IMG/VR virus record: IMGVR_UViG_3300043438_001049
Reading direction: 5' to 3' (one strand)
Source: an uncultured virus (IMG/VR IMGVR_UViG_3300043438_001049)
Taxonomy: Duplodnaviria > Heunggongvirae > Uroviricota > Caudoviricetes
Length of the DNA: 57,512 nt
In this document: piece by piece, positions 53,925-57,512 of the stretch
How positions within the stretch are numbered: the stretch's first letter is position 1
How the letters are laid out: every line of letters begins with the position of its first letter
The notes under the pieces: model-generated
What the model was told of the DNA's origin: nothing
What the model saw: only the letters and a program-made list of their open reading frames with translations
The model's database searches: none
Program-made: the position numbers and the translations under genes

Positions 53925-54874
53925 TTCCTTCTTGGTGGCATGCCAAGTGCCCTAGGCTCAACTACAACATGTGAACTGTAGTTTGGAATAAAGTCTGTGT
54001 ATTTTGTGTCTATACCAGACTCTTTAAGAAAATTGTAAACTTTTTCTTTTGGAATTTCTAATTGACCAGACATTAGCATAGACAGTCTATTAGTTGATTC
54101 TTCAACATGGCTCCAGTAGTGTTCTTTTCTGCCGTCTGCCCAAGGCCTAAGCGTTTCTCTTGTTACAGATCCATTTGCCTGTCCATGCGACTGATTGTGA
54201 AAAACATCCCTTGTGCCAATAGAGTAAATTTTCCAATCTTTTGCATAAGTTCTTAAAGATAAAGCAAACTCTTCAGTATTGAATGATTCTTTACCGCTAA
54301 TACCAACTTCATCAATCCATTGCTTGGGTGCAAAAAGGTAACAACATGTAGCCCAATACGAACGAACTATTTCCTCTATTTCTAAAACCCTGTATCCTGG
54401 AAACTGAAATCCTGGAACTAAATTATTAAATAAAAATCCATACAGTGATACTTTACAGTCTGTAACAAAATTAATTGACCCGTCTGACATTATTTTATAC
54501 TCTGCTGGGGCATATGCAATAATAAATTTTTCATTATTAATATTTAATTTTTCATATCTTTCAACAGCAAACCTATCCCATTCTGGTGCTGCATAGGTGT
54601 GTGAATCAAACTGTATAAAATAGTTATAATCTACATTAACTTGAGTTGCCAAGTTTCTAGCCCAACAGACACCACCCCTATACTCTGAAAGATCAAAGTG
54701 CCTATATAATAACTGTTCTTTTGGTATAAAAGATAAATCATATTTAGTATTATCTTCTGAAACTATAGAAAAATACAGATCCTCTTTATTTTTTGCCTGA
54801 TGCCACAAAGAAAACATTGTAGAATAAAACTCTGGGTCACAATAATTGACAACACTAACTAATATTTTTTTCAT
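53921..54874 (-). CDS. GT60/'GlcNAc'-family glycosyltransferase (Skp1-hydroxyproline GlcNAc-transferase-like)
   Basis: ILVSVVNYCDPE, GVCWARN, YFIQFDSH...WD, EEFALSLR motifs match the GT60 pattern including the DSH signature. Confidence 0.78.
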   Translation of the reverse strand: MKKILVSVVNYCDPEFYSTMFSLWHQAKNKEDLYFSIVSEDNTKYDLSFIPKEQLLYRHFDLSEYRGGVCWARNLATQVNVDYNYFIQFDSHTYAAPEWDRFAVERYEKLNINNEKFIIAYAPAEYKIMSDGSINFVTDCKVSLYGFLFNNLVPGFQFPGYRVLEIEEIVRSYWATCCYLFAPKQWIDEVGISGKESFNTEEFALSLRTYAKDWKIYSIGTRDVFHNQSHGQANGSVTRETLRPWADGRKEHYWSHVEESTNRLSMLMSGQLEIPKEKVYNFLKESGIDTKYTDFIPNYSSHVVVEPRALGMPPRRN

Positions 54875-55431
54875 CCCTTATTTCTTATTCCAGTATATAA
54901 ATGTTGTGGGCCTTTTGTAAAAAACCAATGATCTGGCTCTACATAAAAGAAAAAAGCATTTGCAACTAGGTTATTCTTTGGGTCAGGGAATTCCTCTCTC
55001 CAGTGTTGTTGATCATTCCCGTATGAAATAACCATATCATTTTCTTCTGGTTGAAACTTTATTCCTTCAACATAAAAATCCCAAGGTGTTTTATGAAAAA
55101 TTGTATAATTCATATGGTATGTACAAGCATTATCATCAACATGTTTCCAAAGTCTAGCCTTTTCTCCTTCATAGATACTTAATAAACACCAGGAAGGAAG
55201 TAATGTTTCTGATTCAAATTCTTCTTTTGCCAGTGGTAGAAGCATCTGATGAAATTTTCTAAGTGGTATTATATTTTCTCTATGTGTTCCGTCCCAAATT
55301 GCCCATTGATGTCTACCAAAACCTTCGTCAAATGTACTTTTATCTGTTGACCAAAGATGCATTGCTAGATCTTGTAATTCCTTATGTTCTTTTTCTGGAA
55401 GAACGGTTTTTAATAAATATGGCGCTTTCAT
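54871..55431 (-). CDS. 2OG-Fe(II) oxygenase
   Basis: LWKHVDDNAC...PWDFYVEG...YGNDQQHWRE...FFFY. Confidence 0.75.
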   Translation of the reverse strand: MKAPYLLKTVLPEKEHKELQDLAMHLWSTDKSTFDEGFGRHQWAIWDGTHRENIIPLRKFHQMLLPLAKEEFESETLLPSWCLLSIYEGEKARLWKHVDDNACTYHMNYTIFHKTPWDFYVEGIKFQPEENDMVISYGNDQQHWREEFPDPKNNLVANAFFFYVEPDHWFFTKGPQHLYTGIRNKG

Positions 55432-55943
55432 CGTAGAAAACTAACTACTGCATATTTATCGCCTTCAATAATTGGGGATACTGAGTGATTATAAACATAT
55501 ATAGATGGAAATATAATTATTTGATTAGTTTTTGGTTTAAGTTTAATATTAAATCTTGGAAAGTTTATTTCTCCACCAATATAATCATCATTTAAATAAT
55601 ATACAACTGAAACTCTTCTATGATATTCGGTTCCGTCATCTACATGATTAATAAAACCTTGTCCTGGACTATATTTCATTATTCCGTATACGTCATGCCA
55701 TTCAGGAAATATCTTATAATACTCTTTATAGTCTTTCTCTATTGGATCAAAATGATCAAAGAACAACCTGTTTAATTTTAAAGAAGTTATTTTTTCTAAA
55801 TCTTCAACTTCTGCATAAGACCATTTAGGTGTAATCCATTTAGAATCCATCATCAATTTTTGAATTTCTTTATATAAAAAAACATTATCTGGAATTACAT
55901 TATCATATACAACAATTCCTGGAGCAATTTCTTCTTTTATCAT
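55428..55943 (-). CDS. 2OG-Fe(II) oxygenase, prolyl-4-hydroxylase-like (start probably ATG 55941-55943)
   Basis: HVD...YYLNDDYIGGEI...HSV...GDKY; MIKEEIAPGIVVY start overlaps upstream stop by 1 nt. Confidence 0.88.
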   Translation of the reverse strand: MIKEEIAPGIVVYDNVIPDNVFLYKEIQKLMMDSKWITPKWSYAEVEDLEKITSLKLNRLFFDHFDPIEKDYKEYYKIFPEWHDVYGIMKYSPGQGFINHVDDGTEYHRRVSVVYYLNDDYIGGEINFPRFNIKLKPKTNQIIIFPSIYVYNHSVSPIIEGDKYAVVSFLR

Positions 55944-56140
55944 TACCATTTTCCTAACGGACACGATGCTGCTTCTAACATTACTTTTGCTTTCATAAAA
56001 CATCCACATTTTTTACATTGTTTTGTTAATTTTATTAGTTCTGGACATTGTTTGCATATATTAAATCTTTGATTAGAGAGATCTGATTCCTTTACATAAT
56101 TTTTTAAATTAAGCATGTGTAAAGGATTTACTTCGTTCAT
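55943..56140 (-). CDS. small Cys-rich metal-binding protein
   Basis: RFNICKQC...QCKKCGCFM..K......CPLGKW; six Cys in 65 aa. Confidence 0.75.
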   Translation of the reverse strand: MNEVNPLHMLNLKNYVKESDLSNQRFNICKQCPELIKLTKQCKKCGCFMKAKVMLEAASCPLGKW

Positions 56141-56141
56141 T

Positions 56142-57512
56142 TTATTCTGAATCTCTTTGTGTTAGGCCTTGGAAGACACCCTTCTTATTATGAGAGATTA
56201 GATCTCCTGCAATAAAGAGTGAATAAGGATTTACAGTGATGTCATAAACATCTGTTGTTTCATCAACATAACCCAATACTTCAACAAGTACATCTGTTGC
56301 TTGATTATTTATGTCATAAACTAAATAGTCGCCAAGTTTAATTACACCAGCCTGAATAAATGCGTATACTCCATCTCTCTTAACTAGCATTAAGTGCTCT
56401 AGAGAGAATCTTCTTTGCTTACTACCATTAAACATTACAGTAGTTGCAACATCTCTTGCTTTAATTGCACTAATAGTTGTTTCAACAACTGATGATCCAG
56501 TTAGAGTATCAGATACCCATGTCTCAGCAAAATCAACAGATGAGTTATCTGGTAATTCATTGAAACTGTAGGATACTAGACTTTGTCCTATAAACAAATC
56601 TCTTGCTTTAACATATCCACTAGTTGTTCTTACAAGAACATCACCCTGTACACATCCATCAATTGGTGCAACTGGTGTTGGTTCAGTTGGAGTTGGGGTA
56701 AATACTGGTGGGAAGAATGGACAGAATACTGGTGGGAAGAACGGACAGAATACTGGTGGGAAGAACGGACAGAATACTGGTGGGAAGAACGGTGGGAAGA
56801 ACGGTGGGAAGAACGGTGGGAAGAATGGTCCTGTTGCTGGAGGCGTACAGTCTTGTGTGTCCGAATCTGTTCCTGTTGTAACAATTGGGGCTGGGTTTGG
56901 AGAACATCCACTTGCAGTTTCTGTTATAGTATACGATCTAGTTCTTGTTTGTGCATATTCATCTGGGCCACCAACTCTTACACAAGCACCCCAAGGACCC
57001 CACTCACCGTAAGTTGTTGTTGTTGTCCAGGTTGGTACACATGTTGGTGCAACTGGTGCAACTGGTGCAACTGGTGCAGTTGGTGTAGGTGTTGTACAAG
57101 TTACTGATGGATATCCTGAAGAACTTGCTGCAGTAATATTGGTTGCAGTTGGATATGTTGCTAATAAATTATCTAATGCCTGTCCTGATGTTGCTCCTGT
57201 GTCAGTAACCGTAGTTCCACCAACACAACCAGAGATATACCAAGTTGTTGCAACAGGTGTTGGAGTAGGTGTTGTACAAGTTACTGATGGATATCCTGAA
57301 GAACTTGCTGCAGTAATATTGGTTGCAGTTGGATATGTTGCTAATAAATTATCTAATGCCTGTCCTGATGTTGCTCCTGTGTCAGTAACCGTAGTTCCAC
57401 CAACACAACCAGAGATATACCAAGTTGTTGCAACAGGTGTTGGAGTAGGTGTTGTACAAGTTACTGATGGATATCCTGAAGAACTTGCTGCAGTAATATT
57501 GGTTGCAGTTGG
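56142..57512 (-). CDS. second PPFF-repeat/Hint protein; starts beyond window end (visible 456 codons open)
   Basis: manual translation is open from 57512 to stop 56142: 60-aa Thr/Pro/Cys repeats, TSR-like motif, GPFF(PPFF)3(PPVFCPFF)3PPVF, TPTPTEPTPVAPIDG, then CVQGDVLV...ISHNKK; the ORF track called only the last 151 aa. Confidence 0.88.
   Translation of the reverse strand, partial: PTATNITAASSSGYPSVTCTTPTPTPVATTWYISGCVGGTTVTDTGATSGQALDNLLATYPTATNITAASSSGYPSVTCTTPTPTPVATTWYISGCVGGTTVTDTGATSGQALDNLLATYPTATNITAASSSGYPSVTCTTPTPTAPVAPVAPVAPTCVPTWTTTTTYGEWGPWGACVRVGGPDEYAQTRTRSYTITETASGCSPNPAPIVTTGTDSDTQDCTPPATGPFFPPFFPPFFPPFFPPVFCPFFPPVFCPFFPPVFCPFFPPVFTPTPTEPTPVAPIDGCVQGDVLVRTTSGYVKARDLFIGQSLVSYSFNELPDNSSVDFAETWVSDTLTGSSVVETTISAIKARDVATTVMFNGSKQRRFSLEHLMLVKRDGVYAFIQAGVIKLGDYLVYDINNQATDVLVEVLGYVDETTDVYDITVNPYSLFIAGDLISHNKKGVFQGLTQRDSE
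56187..56654 (-). other. Hint domain, copy 2, 156 aa
   Basis: Cys1 at 56652-56654, SLEH, VYDITV, HN at 56187-56192; same length as copy 1, offset 11267 bp. Confidence 0.85.
56700..56828 (-). repeat. second PPFF/PFFPPVFC coding repeat
   Basis: same 12- and 24-bp DNA units as 45385-45642. Confidence 0.95.
57085..57512 (-). repeat. perfect 180-bp coding tandem repeat, at least 2.4 copies, runs off the window
   Basis: 57085-57264 = 57265-57444, third copy partial; unit PTATNITAASSSGYPSVTCTTPTPTPVATTWYISGCVGGTTVTDTGATSGQALDNLLATY. Confidence 0.95.

Noticed and set aside
44901..56654. Possible diversity-generating retroelement TR/VR pair
   Set aside because: Both copies are coding, differences involve all bases and many are synonymous rather than adenine-specific, and no reverse transcriptase is in the window
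1..57512. tRNA, rRNA, integrase or transposase genes
   Set aside because: Intergenic gaps are short, and no cloverleaf or recombinase motifs were recognised by eye; a tRNAscan/Infernal run would be needed to exclude small RNAs

Overview
The window is part of a large tailed-phage genome with siphovirus-type organisation. It is AT-rich, and all but one gene lie on the - strand. An actinobacterial host is likely (inference from many leaderless start codons and gene content). In coordinate order it holds: a replication block (SSB-like fragment, primase, DnaB helicase); tail-tip genes; a 2955-aa tape measure protein; two paralogous tail chaperone genes; major tail, head-tail, capsid, protease/scaffold and portal genes; a class II ribonucleotide reductase; and a ~21-kb accessory region (36.3-57.5 kb). 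The accessory region is the most unusual part. Two extracellular/virion-type proteins each carry a (Pro-Pro-Phe-Phe / PFFPP[V/R]FC)n tract followed by a C-terminal Hint (intein-like) domain, and each sits directly upstream of a run of tailoring enzymes. Across both runs these are 10 2OG-Fe(II)/cupin oxygenases (mostly prolyl-4-hydroxylase-like), a GT60-like hydroxyproline GlcNAc-transferase, a sulfotransferase and a SAM methyltransferase. This looks like a phage-encoded 'self-cleaving precursor + post-translational modification' system, which is a hypothesis. Other notable points: a protein-kinase-like domain inside the tape measure protein; G/GT tail chaperones encoded by duplication instead of frameshift; a sulfotransferase cassette inserted with a diverged duplicate of the neighbouring gene's 3' end; a thrombospondin-like motif; patchy gene conversion between the two Hint domains; and a recurrent extended -10/leaderless promoter layout. 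All family calls come from motif recognition by eye, and no database searches were run.
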